DNA of 64,000 nt from Laetmonice hystrix (lineage: Eukaryota), in NCBI GenBank assembly GCA_965235115.1, contig OZ249445.1, positions 3,286,001 to 3,350,000 of the forward strand, in the 5' to 3' direction. Position numbers and translations under genes: made by a program. The notes under the pieces are model-generated. The model ran no database searches and was not told the DNA's origin. It saw only the letters and a list, made by a program, of their open reading frames with translations. This document shows, piece by piece, positions 38,750 through 50,749 of the stretch (position 1 is the first letter of the stretch; every line of letters starts with the position of its first letter).

Positions 38750-39260
38750 AGTGCGGCTATCTTAATTGTGGCGTAGACCGTTTCATGTGCGGTTGCTTTG
38801 AAAGGACTCCTATGGTGTCAAAGGGGACGAGGTGTACCGCTGTTTTTGTAGCTAATGAAATTCATACGTGCATATTTATTGCTCGTTGCTCTGTAAATGT
38901 TAGGGAGGCTGCAGGAGGATAAACGTCTAGTCTGAATGTGAGACACGAGTTATTGTCGGCGGGAGAATGGCCCCCATCCTGGTCCACGGAGAGCGGGGTT
39001 CGACCCGTGTGCCGAGACGACCCACTCGACAATCTCACCATTGGCAGACCTTTGAAATTGACACGCTCCCAACCCTTGGTGGTGTCATTGTGTAACATTC
39101 AATACGTCGTGTCTCTCAACAGGTCATTGTGCTCTCAATGATATGTGCCCAACATGGAAGCGGACAGACAAACAACTTGTAAGGGGAGCCTTATTGTCCC
39201 TCGAAGCTCCCAGAAGCGTAAGAATTGTGCCCTACAGTCGGGAGAAAATCCATCAGGCTG
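38750..39260 (+). mobile_element. Decayed LINE RT fragment (L1/Tx1- or RTE-like)
   Basis: GEWPPSWSTESGVRPVCRDDP....IGRPL (ORF 38938-39141), cf. NG..S..F.V.SGVRQGC.LSP.LF...I.PL. Confidence 0.45.
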
Positions 39261-41039
39261 GTAGTGTCACTGTCGCTGTCTTTCTCTCTCTCTCTACTCT
39301 CTGCTGCAAAAGCTACTTTTGTTTGGGGAAAGAATCTTCAAAGGGACACAAGGATAAATGAATCTCGTCGTCATTGTGGCAGAAAGAAGTATAGCACATG
39401 GTAGAAAGGGACTTGACTGAAACAGTGCCTGACACCTATTCACACCAGCTTCTAAGCAGTGTACTTATTTGGTCACTTACACACTGACTACCCATGTAAT
39501 GTCTGCAAGGGGGCCGGCGTTTTAAGTCATTAGCTTAGAACATGAGTGCCCTGTGGCATGCCTTCTGCAGGCGCACTGGTATGTCTATACATAATAAGGC
39601 CACACTGTGCGGCGCTTTTTAGTCTCCCTTTTCAAAGCATGATTTGAATCATCACAATTCACAGAGGGAACCAGCTGTGCAAAAAAAGGTTTCTTTTGTC
39701 CGAGGAGTCTGCCTTGCAGTCTGTGTCCACCGTAAGGTTGACAATTGGTCCCGACTGAAATGAAGTTTATATTTGAAGATATGCCATTACGCCCTTATGT
39801 ATAATCAAGGAGGCTCACTTCATTATGAACGTTTAAACCAGGATATGTTTGCACTGTAATGAAGAATCAGTGAGGCTTAGAGAAGGTAAGGTTGAGAGGG
39901 GTAAAGTGTGAAGTTAAAGTGAAACAGAACTCGGTCGGTGACTGCCTTAATGCGATGATTAGTATACGACTGGAGCCTTGTGTAGCATGTTAAACAGAAA
40001 CCGTCTGGTTAGCTCACCTCACGGGGACAACATCACTAGCGGGTGGGACGTCCACCATCCCAGTGTTGTCACCAGTACACCGGCAGCAGGCAGGGTACCG
40101 GGTGACGATCGTATGTTACTATGGTTAATGGGCTTAATGTAGCCTTGGCATTAGTCTGATTGGCTAAACCATGTAGTCGTACTCACCAATTGATTGCTGC
40201 ATTGTTACAGACACATTGCAGATAGGATGGTTGATGGGTAAATGGTAATAGGACAAAAATGGGGCAAACGGTAGACGTTACGGTGTAGGCCTACTCGAGC
40301 TACTCGTTGAGCTTACCAAACAAAGTAATAGTCTGTTTACACTGGTTACTCTCCGTATCGGCTATACATCATGACCTTCACGGGCTAAAGGTGACTCTGA
40401 AAACTGTCCGAGACCTGGCATTCATGTTCCATATAGTGCTTGTGTGAAGTCATCCTTTAAGGGTAGATAGGGATATATAAGGTCTTCCTTTAAGGCACGT
40501 GCAGAGTCAGTGACCATCTAAGCACGCAAAAAAGCCGTGCTACTTGGTAACATTATGAAAGATCACAGAACAATAATTGACGGTCGAGTTCAGCCCCGGA
40601 GTCTGGTAACGACCGCTTACATCTTGGCCTGTTAGCTGAGCAAAGAACCAGCCACGTCCCAGACGCAAGGAGCAGTTTAACAAAGTTAAACAAAAAATGT
40701 CGGTTTTCTTTTTCTGTTTATTTTGTGACGTCTTAATGAGCCAATGAAGCCTAGAGTGGTATTTGCGTGGTTTTGAAATGCCCCCCCCCCCCCCTCCTTC
40801 TCCAAGGCGGGTTTTTTTCTGTAGGTAGGAGAGACAGAGGCTGGCAGATTGTCGTATTCCATGCCGACGCCAGCTTGGTGCGAATAATTCGCCCAATAAA
40901 TGGATGTTAGCAGGCCCACTACAGCATTGTTGCATTAGGCCGTGACGGAGATTGGCGGGGGAAGTCGTGTTGGGCTAATAGGGCCACAGAGACAATAGGC
41001 ATAATTTCTGGACACCTTCCAGCCAGCTCTGCCGTGCTT

Positions 41040-41053
41040 GTTTCCATGGCGAC
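41040..41053. promoter_or_regulatory. RFX X-box match
   Basis: GTTTCCATGGCGAC (reverse complement GTCGCCATGGAAAC), close to the palindromic GTTGCCATGGCAAC consensus. Confidence 0.35.
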
Positions 41054-41396
41054 AGGACACAGCTGGTCAGTCGCCACAAGAAAATCGGACGCCTGAGGGG
41101 CAGTGTCAATATGTCAATGTGTGAGCCACCCGGGCCACGGGCGGCCAGATTTTAGAATTTTGTATGAGGGATCTAGTCTGGTATTCCACTAGGGGTAGGG
41201 GGTAATTATATGTAGATGGACAGCTATGGCACTGTATGTGTAAGTGGAGAACGAAAGATAGGTTTAGTATTATATCAGATCATTCTTTAACCAACAACAC
41301 TAATATTTTGTAGAGATGTACTCTGTAATTGACCCGACATTTTTCTTTATTTACCCGACAAGAATTAGGCAAACACTTGTAAATGTTTGGCAAGAA

Positions 41397-42478
41397 TTGA
41401 CTTACCCACTTACCAATGAGGTAAGGGGTCAGTGAACTGATAGACTTACCAATGAGGTAAGAGGTCAATGAAATGATTGACTTACCCAATAAGGTAAAAG
41501 GTCAGTGAACTGATAGACTTACCAATGAGGTAAGAGGTCAATGAACTGATTGACTTACCCACTGAGGGAAGAGGTCAGTGGAATGATTGACTTACCTACT
41601 GAGGTAAGAGGTCAGTGAACTGACTGACTTACCCAATGAGGTAAGAGGTCAGTGAACTGACTGACTTACCCAATGAGGTAAGAGGTCAGTGAACTGATTG
41701 ACTTACCCAATGAGGTAAGAGGTCAATGAACTGATTGACTTACCCAATGAGGTAAGAGGTCAGTGAACTGATTGACTCACCCAATGAGGTAAGAGGTCAA
41801 TAAAATGATTGACTTACCCACTGAGGTACGAGGTCAGTGAACTGACTGACTTACCCACTGAGGTACGAGGTCAGTGAACTGACTGACTTACCCACTGAGG
41901 TACGAGGTCAGTGAACTGATTGACTTACCCACTGAGGTAAAAGGTCAGTGAACTGATTGACTTACCCACTGAGGTAAGAGGTCAGTGAACTGATTGACTT
42001 ACCCACTGAGGTAAGAGGTCAGTGAACTGATTGACTTACCCACTGAGGTAAGAGGTCAGTGAACTGATTGACTCACCCAATGAGGTAAGAGGTCAGTGAA
42101 CTGATTGACTTACCCACTGAGGTAAGAGGTCAGTGAACTGATTGACTTACCCACTGAGGTAAGAGGTCAGTGAACTGATTGACTTACCCAATGAGGTAAG
42201 AGGTCAGTGAACTGATTGACTCACCCAATGAGGTAAGAGGTCAATAAAATGATTGACTTACCCAATGAGGTAAGAGGTCAGTGAACTGATTGACTTACCA
42301 ATGAGGTAAGAGGTCAGTGAACTGATTGACTTACCCAATGAGGTAAGAGGTCAGTGAACTGACTGACTTACCCAATGAGGTAAGAGGTCAGTGAACCAGT
42401 AAACTGATTGACTTACCCACTGAGGTAAGAGGCAGTGAACTGATTGACTTACCAATGAGGTACGAGCTCAGTGAAATG
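41397..42478. repeat. 37-bp minisatellite, about 29 copies
   Basis: Unit gacttaccca(a/c)tgaggtaagaggtcagtgaactga(t/c)t. Head-to-tail copies with no spacers. Confidence 0.98.
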
Positions 42479-42936
42479 AAAAATGACATCTGACATCAAT
42501 ACACAGCAATGAATAACCTCTCCTCACAATTCCTATGCCTTAACACAGTAACCCAAGCCCAAATCAGACATGAAACCCAAGTTATAATTGACCTTTCTTT
42601 ATTTATCGTTTGACTTAAATAACAAATCTTGGCCGTCCAGCAATAAAGAAGGTAGGGTTGGCCATTGTCTGTGAGTTTTACGTTTTATTACGGCATTGGC
42701 AGCGCCAAGTTTCCCACTAAGGTGTGACTTCTCGCACTAAAGGCCTTGAGGATGATTTAATGTGTCAGCCAGGCAACTGACCGCACAGTACAGCTCAGTC
42801 TGACCCTGGAGGTCTCACAGAGGTCAGCCGCCATTCACGTGACCTAAGGAAGGTCAAGAACGCAATCTGTACGGGAGGCTTCATAATCGTCCTTTTGATA
42901 GAGCTCCAACTGAAAAATAGATGGATATATATGCCG

Positions 42937-43693
42937 AGGTAGACGTGAGGACGATATGATACCGTAACGTGTGCCAAGACAAAAGGCTTGTTACTGTCAG
43001 GTGTAGGTAGACGTGAGGACGATATGATACCGTAACGTGTGCCAAGACAAAAGACTTGTTACTGTCAGGTGTAGGTAGACGTGAGGACGATATGATACCG
43101 TAACGTGTGCCAAGACAAAAGGCTTGTTACTGTCAGGTGTAGGTAGACGTGAGGACGATATCATACCGTAACGTGTGCCAAGACAAAAGACTTGTTACTG
43201 TCAGGTGTAGGTAGACGTGAGGACGATATGATACCGTAACGTGTGCCAAGACAAAAGGCTTGTTACTGTCAGGTGTAGGTAGACGTGAGGACGATATGAT
43301 ACCGTAACGTGTGCCAAGACAAAAGACTTGTTACTGTCAGGTGTAGGTAGACGTGAGGACGATATCATACCGTAACGTGTGCCAAGACACAAGACAAAAG
43401 GCTTGTTACTGTCAGGTGTAGGTAGACGTGAGGACGATATCATACCGTAACGTGTGCCAAGACAAAAGGCTTGTTACTGTCAGGTGTAGGTAGACGTGAG
43501 GACGATATCATACCGTAACGTGTGCCAAGACAAAAGGCTTGTTACTGTCAGGTGTAGGTAGACGTGAGGACGATATGATACCGTAACGTGTGCCAAGACA
43601 AAAGGCTTGTTACTGTCAGGTGTAGGTAGACGTGAGGACGATATGATACCCTAACGTGTGCCAAGACAAAAGACTTGTTACTGTCAGGTGTAG
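42937..43693. repeat. 68-bp minisatellite, about 11 copies
   Basis: Unit gtaggtagacgtgaggacgatat(g/c)ataccgtaacgtgtgccaagacaaaag(g/a)cttgttactgtcaggt. One copy (about 43385) has a 7-bp internal duplication. Confidence 0.98.
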
Positions 43694-44111
43694 CAGATAA
43701 CAGTCGTCACACACCAGTCATAACTCACCCGGCCTCTCCACTGCCAGACCGGCACCACTGGAGGAAACAGGCCCGACTTGATGATACGAAAAAAGACAAA
43801 GGAAATAGATCATTATGAGCTCAAGCTAAAGACCCTTGTCAATGAGCCAGATTGTTTAATCTGAAAGGAATCCGTTCGGTAGAGGAGATGTAATCAGTGG
43901 AACAGATTGCCGTGAAAAAGATACTATTTGTTATCTAGTCACGCTTCGTTCCGGCCCAGTTCAGACCTTAGGTGATTGTTTCAGTCATTCCAACATGTAT
44001 AATTACATTCTTACATATACGACAGGCAGTGTTCGCAGGAAGTACAGTGGTTGGTTTTAATTTGGATTGAATGTGACTCACGCTTTTAGAATCACACACT
44101 TAATGAGGCAG

Positions 44112-44276
44112 CAAGGGCGGATCTAGGTTTTCGTCAAGGGGGTAAGTGGGATTGTGGGTGCCAAGAGGGTTGTGTATGTTTGGTTTGAACCTTTCAGGCA
44201 GAAAAAAAAGAAAAATTACTTCCTAATGGGGGGTTGGGGGTTGCAACCCCAGTAAAACCCCCTGGATCCGCCACTG
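44112..44276. mobile_element. MITE with CAGTGGCGGATCCAGG-type TIRs
   Basis: Left end caagggcggatctagg (44112) versus right end cctggatccgccactg (44261-44276), 13/16 inverted match, with G/C runs inside. No target duplication seen, so the superfamily is unassigned. Confidence 0.65.
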
Positions 44277-45899
44277 AGCCGAATATGGGTACGAGGGGAG
44301 ACATGGGGAACGTAGCCCAGGTTGTTGTACTGAATGGTCAAGACTTCCGGCCAGTAGTTGTAGATTATGTTAACCTTTGATTTATATATACTAGATGCTA
44401 ATGGAAGTACTGCAGATGGATTGTGATTGTGAGCAGGTGACCATTCAGTACATGACGGCTGCCAGGGACTTGTACTCAGAAACCTATGTGTAAACTTAAT
44501 TAACAATCATACTCAACATTACTCATATTAGGCCGTTCTGTGTGAATTGTAAATCATGTTGAAAGCTACATGTTATTTTATCTGTTTTTTTGTTTGTAAT
44601 CAAGAAGCGCTTATTGCCAAATTTATCCGAATAAAAAATAGCACTGTCATTTGGTTCATTATTAGTCGCAACTATGTTTTTTTGAAAACGTGCAATGTTT
44701 GTGATGGTTGGATTGAGTGCTTTGTAACATGTTTGAATCCATGTGGCTATGATTGCCGTCCCCTGAGCCGTTGGTCAGAGAAACGATGTTAGATTGGTTG
44801 ATGAGATGTGTGTAGTACGGTATCCCTGCCCTACAGTACTCCCCCCTCCTGCTCCACTGTACACGACAAGAGTTGACTTAACGAGCAGGCAGTAATAAAC
44901 GGTACGGAACTGGAGCAAGACAAAGACCACCATTAATTGACAGTAGCAGCTTCACTCTGTCAGTAACTGTTGCGCATGATTTATAGTTAGCAATAACCGC
45001 TCGGCTAGTTGGCATGCAATTATGATTGTCGATTAATTGCCAGTACCAGTGTCGGCATTTAATTACGGAGATGGGGAGTAATTAGTGATAGGTGGTAATT
45101 ATGCAGGTGTAAAGGCAGTGATTAGTTTCCTTAGAGCAGGTGTATTGTTAAGGGAAGGGGCGGAACCGTACCAATCAAATAAACATCGAAGTTGACTTTT
45201 CAGGCCTATGATCTTCGAGCCTCTGGGGTCGAGTGATAGAAAAAATACGTGTTCACGGAAAGGAAACTGTTAACTACAAACAAGGCCAGGGGATGCCCCA
45301 AAAAAAATGTAGTGAAGAGAATCACTGATTTCTCCATGACATCGGTTAGTGATTGTAAATCCTGACAGTCTCAAACTCACAGTAATACAGCCAAACGAAG
45401 ATAACAGCAGTCATCCTAGTAGTAAAGTCCCTATATATACACTTTTAAAGAGGCATTTAATATAATAGGGGGTTACTCATATCCTATAAGAACAGTGTAA
45501 AGAACCTGCAAGGCGCCAGCTCTACCTGGGAAAAAGTATTAAAATTATTACATTCTAGAGCGAGAGAATTTGACTCGGTATGTAGGTGGTGGTTAATGAT
45601 AGGTTCTGACAAAACGTTATAAAGTTATGTTTTATTTGCCAGATGGATAATTAGGTAGTAGGCCTATACTTAACGTCAATTAAACGGTTTCAATTAGTTG
45701 ATTCGAGGGATTGCACCAAGTACATCTGTTTTGAGGAGATCGTACATTGCATTCACATACACATAATGTAATGAAGCGCGCTGTCTGGGCAAGCATGATT
45801 TCTATCATGTTGACCGTTGTGTTCCCCAGTTGTCACCTTTAGTTCTGTGTGAATCTATGACTAGCAGGTCAGACACTTTGTTGTGGTTTGTAGACACTA

Positions 45900-47480
45900 A
45901 TCACATCAATCATTTACAGGTATACTGTGTGAAGTGCTATGTTCTCGTAGCGTTGCACAGTTGGTCAAGAGTGACCCCCTTGCTGCTACTACTACTCACC
46001 AATAAGGCGTTTGCTGCAGGCTCCAATCTAGCCTTGGTGTGTTGGTCTGACTCCTGAAGTGACTACATTACCATGTGACAGAAGTGGCTAGCATTCTCAT
46101 TAGGGGAGATATCATGTACAGTGTTACAACTGGTGTGCCCTTTCCACCGCTTCCCCCTGAAAGATTCCTCCTCCCCCTCCTTGTGATTGCGATTGTTCCT
46201 GCTGTAAGGTCGTCTCTGACAGTTTTCCCTGGCGTGGAGCGAACAAAAGTTACCACGGACACGTGGACTCGACATGATTAGCTGCCGTTGTAGCATGTCA
46301 GTATACCATTGCATGCCAACACTCTCTAGCGAGTCATCAAGTGCAATATAATTCTGCCTGCTGAATGTAGCAGGACACTTGAGATTGCGGAACCTTTTCT
46401 TCATGAGTATCAATATGGGAAATGATCATGTGCAAAAATGACCTGACAGACACAGCCTCCAATGTTGTGCATCAGTTGTAGTCCGGGTGGCGGTCTTTCA
46501 AATGTGCCAGACCCAAAGGGGCAGTCGTGCAAACAAGTGATGACAGTTATAAGCTGTGAGTGATCAATAGGGAACGTTAGCCAGTGGCATGGCGGTCAGG
46601 CCAAAATACTGCCACTTTGTTGTTGGATAAACTTCTGTTTCTGTTGGAAAGAACGTGAGAGTTGACACAGTGGTAACAACTGCCGAAAGACATTGGAGGT
46701 CGTGTGATACTGGTGGGGAATCAGGCCTGAATTGACTGTAAACCAGACAGGATTGCCTGGAATTGGCGTATAAAACTACAATACGATGTCGTGCCCAGAC
46801 TGCCTGTAAGGAATTCTCGGCACAATCTGCCAATCAGAGTGCTGCATGGTGTTGGCTGCGGGGTCGGGCCCCTCGCGTTGTTAATCAAAGGCTTATGGCC
46901 TGCAGGGCTGACACGGATAGGCACCGCAGGTCAAGCCATTTGCTTTGCGAGTCAAAGTTGTTGACCAGAGGTTACATTATCTAATTCCTTCTCCGTCTTG
47001 TCCTTGCACAGAGCTGACGGATCCATGTGTTAGGGAGAAGTCGCTAACAATTGTGGAAGGACCCAAAATTGGGCTTCTTGTCTCGGTAAGAAGGGCATGC
47101 AGCGGGGGAATAAAAGCAATAAGGTCGGTATGGTAAGGGGGCGGCCTGAGAGGGGCATCGGAGATCATGGCGGCATCGGCTAGATTTGATTTATCACTGG
47201 TCTTTGATGGAAAAATGGAAATAATGGTGGCGTGATTATGGCGTGCAGCCAGGTCGTTTTAATGAGCCATTATAACGTAGCATGGATGGAGGGGCGAGGG
47301 GCATATGAAGGCGATAGTTGTAGGTTAAGACAGCCGAAACATGGTGGCCGGGCTTACTGTGTCCATTTTGAAGCCACCTGAGGTTGAGCCTGTGCCGGTC
47401 AGCTGCCTTCAGGCAGGCAGCCTTTACAGATATGTTTTTGATATTCTTGGCTATGGTGGGTATCGACAGCCTCTCTCCTA
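45900..47480 (-). mobile_element. Decayed LINE RT
   Basis: IISIFP..TSDKSNL (47224-47184, cf. VPIFK.GDKS....YRPI), FD/RKA (about 46955), DDSLESVGMQW (46338-46307, cf. .DL..L..W...W). Confidence 0.5.
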
Positions 47481-48899
47481 GATTACATTGAGCAGTCATA
47501 GGGAACTGAGTAAGTGGTCCTTAGAGAGTTCTCTGGCTGGAGGCCCACGACTTTGTATTATATAATTTATAGCAGGGTATACTGGTCACCAACGGCTAGA
47601 GGTCCAGCACTGGTCAGTCCCTGGGCTCAGCGTTCAGTCTGACGTGGCCTTCTCTTATGTCGGCTAACATTTCCATGAGAAAGAACATTTTAGACCTGTC
47701 AACAAGAACTAACAAAAGTACACTACAGTATATAAAGAGTACATGGTACATTCAACTATACGAGTCTGATATACAGTTTTGGGGTATCCAGTTTCATAAC
47801 AGAAACGTAATACCCCTTGACTACAAAGTATCTGCCAACAAACATGTTATTAGAAAATCCAGAAGCTAACAAACCTTATCTTTTAAATATAGATGTACTT
47901 TCTGTCCACAAAGTTGGGAACTGGTGATAAATTTGTGGAGTACAAAGTCAGTCTTTTCAATGTGAGGCAGAATTGTTTGGGGGATAATTCCTCAAAAGTG
48001 GTTAACTTGGCAATGGTTGTGAACAGGTATAAATGAGTAGGGCAGATCGTAAAGTATAATAACACGTTTTTAATGCCATGTTAACAGTGCACATTGCTGT
48101 CAGCGACTTCCCGCTAACTCGGCCCTGTTCGGCAGTGAAGGGAGAGGGGACCGTTGATTGGTTAGCATGAGGCCACCATGAAATATGTGGTTATTAGTTG
48201 TAATGTAGCGGCGGCCCGTACCAAGCGGCCGGTATCATGAACGGCGTATTGTTGATGAGTTAATTTCCACTCTCTCCCAAGTGGATCTGACGCTTTAAAT
48301 GTACCCAACAACCACACTCTGCGCCTTGCCCATAAAACACCGTCATGTCTTTGTCAGAGTTGCCCACTGTTTCGCCACTCAATTACTAGGAATCAGCAAT
48401 GTTTAAATGATCATTTTTACCAAGAAAAACCTGAAGATTAAAGAATCAATGAAAGACAGACCACAAACATTTGGTTATACAATTATCTAGGAGATTTTTT
48501 TATCTGCTCTTAAACTATTAGACTCTTTATTCGAGATTTTTTTCTTTTTGTTGGTTTGGATTACCAGATTTTTTCACTGTAAGATTAATATGGTGCGGCA
48601 GATATGTGATTATTAACTCCAGCCATCCATCATTCTAGAACTTAAGTGTTCAAATTAATGTGATGACTTCAAAAGGGCTTTCAAAGCATGAAGAAGTGCC
48701 ATAGTTGTGAACACATTAGCACCACTTCTTATTCCCAATCAATTTGAAAACTTTGAAGCATCCATTTTAAGGAGACGGAACGTTCCCTTGGATACTACCT
48801 CCTGTAACACACCTACGAGTAATACGTCAGGGACCTGCCCATACTGCTGTCCCACCTACCTATTCACCGCTTAGATTTATTGAGTCCTGATTCAAACTT

Positions 48900-49110
48900 T
48901 CTTGTGATCGCTGCTCAGACCAGCAAACGTTCCCATGAACTAACAATGAGTTTGTATCTGAGAATACCAAAGGTACGAAACAGTGCAGAGAAAAAGAAAG
49001 TGGCTGTGTTCGAGGTAGCGACGGGCCATTGTTGTACCCTGAATGGTTCTCATCCGTCTTTGTAACTTGAGGAGTGTTGGGTAATTCATACAAAGGTGTT
49101 AGTTGACTGT
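48900..49110 (+). mobile_element. Possible LINE ORF2 C-terminal remnant
   Basis: LRIPKVRNSAEKK, cf. L.IPK.RT..GK. Weak. Confidence 0.2.
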
Positions 49111-49861
49111 GAGACCTTGCAATGTACCCCCGGCTATTTGTTCTTTTTTGGTTCAGTGGACTGAAGATATGAGTAAGAGTGAGTAATGCTCCCTTTTCGA
49201 CATAACGGAAAATAAGAGCATCTTTGTGGTGAAAATACATTCTTTATTACTTACTTTGTCCTTTGAGGGACAAAGCGGTGTTTTCCGGATCCGAAGAGAA
49301 TTAGGGCATCTTTTTTCATGTGCATTTTAGTATCACAAAACGTTTAGAACGTATGATTTTGACTCTGCCCTTAAGAACTGCTATAGTCTTTGGTCCTCCC
49401 ATGCCAGGCTTTGTCACTGGATAGCGTCAACCCTAGCTTGGCTTTGAGCCTTGACTGTGTTTGATATAAAACACATTTTAACAGTATGGACCACTAAGAA
49501 GGCGCCATGGACAACAGAACAAGTATGGGTGGTGTTGTGGTGGCGCGGACGGTAGTCTTAAGTCTTGGCGCGATGCTGGCTACGGCTGGCGAGCACGGCG
49601 CTAGTCTAAACAACAGCGCCACCCTTGACAATTGTTGGTAGTTTGCAGCGGCTGCAAGCAGCGATTGTTTCTCAAACGTTCACTTCTGGATTGTCACAGC
49701 AGACTTTGTGGTTAGGAAGACAAGTGTCACCTCGCAGTTGTTGTCAACATGATAGGGGTTGGAAGTTTTCCCAGGACCACAGACACTCAGTAGTTCAAGC
49801 ATCAATGATTTTGAGAGATGATATAATGGATCATTCAAACCAAATGGAGATGTTTCAAACA

Positions 49862-49960
49862 TCTGTCTGTCTCTGTGTCTGTCTATCCGTATGTTGGCCA
49901 GCTTCTCTGTCTGTCTCTCTCTTTCTCTGTCTCTGTCTGTCTCCTCTCTGTCTCGCTCTC
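49862..49960. repeat. (CTGT/CT)n microsatellite leading into the gap
   Basis: tctgtctgtctctgtgtctgtct...ctctgtctgtctctctctttctctgtctctgtctg. Confidence 0.9.
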
Positions 49961-50127
49961 NNNNNNNNNNNNNNNNNNNNNNNNNNNNNNNNNNNNNNNN
50001 NNNNNNNNNNNNNNNNNNNNNNNNNNNNNNNNNNNNNNNNNNNNNNNNNNNNNNNNNNNNNNNNNNNNNNNNNNNNNNNNNNNNNNNNNNNNNNNNNNNN
50101 NNNNNNNNNNNNNNNNNNNNNNNNNNN
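49961..50127. other. Assembly gap (167 N)
   Basis: Run of N. The true distance across it is unknown. Confidence 1.
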
Positions 50128-50749
50128 TCACCATGTTCTAATATTATGACACATGTCACTTAATAGATTAGTTCGGTGAGCAGAATTGCTGTCTGTGATC
50201 ATCATCAGTGGCCCGTTACATCCGAACCTCGTCCCTTCCCGCCAATATCATTTTGTTCAAAAACCAAACAGGATTTCTCTAAACTCCAGACATTTGTGTG
50301 AGGTTTTTCTGTCGGCGGTGGTTCTCACCATTTCAATGTCGTCGGAGTAGATTTATCCCACATGCTTTCATTCAAACACAGTCTCCAGTAGAAAGGGGCG
50401 ATGTGATGGTCCTTTCACACCAATTTTTGGCAAACCCACATACCTTCAGATGTAAGGTTTAGACGGTATTAAAACTGTTGGATGAAAAATTTCAGCATTG
50501 TAATAACATTTTTGTGCTTCTTTTCAGTGAGGGAAAATACGGCTTTCTAAATGTTCATATTGGATAGGGGAGCTTTGTACACTATGCAGCGAAGCAAGCA
50601 GGCTCCATTGTGACGAGTTAGAAAATCACTTTGGTGAAGAAGTATTGATCTTGGTGTGCTCATTGTGATAGTGCCCCATCTGCCTGTGTCCACCATGGGA
50701 TGGTACGGCCCTCGTCTGTGTGCGCCATGCCTCCTCATTGTCCTCGGCC

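Noticed and set aside
38993-39006. B-box-like GGTTCGACCC as tRNA or SINE
   Set aside because: It lies in the SGVR codons of an RT remnant, with no A box or cloverleaf.
14819-43693. CRISPR-like appearance of the 36-41 bp arrays (14819, 34054, 41397)
   Set aside because: Units are head-to-tail with no unique spacers, there are no cas genes, and the context is eukaryotic.
49625-50163. ORFs spanning 49.6-50.2 kb
   Set aside because: They stay open only because of the microsatellite and the N gap.
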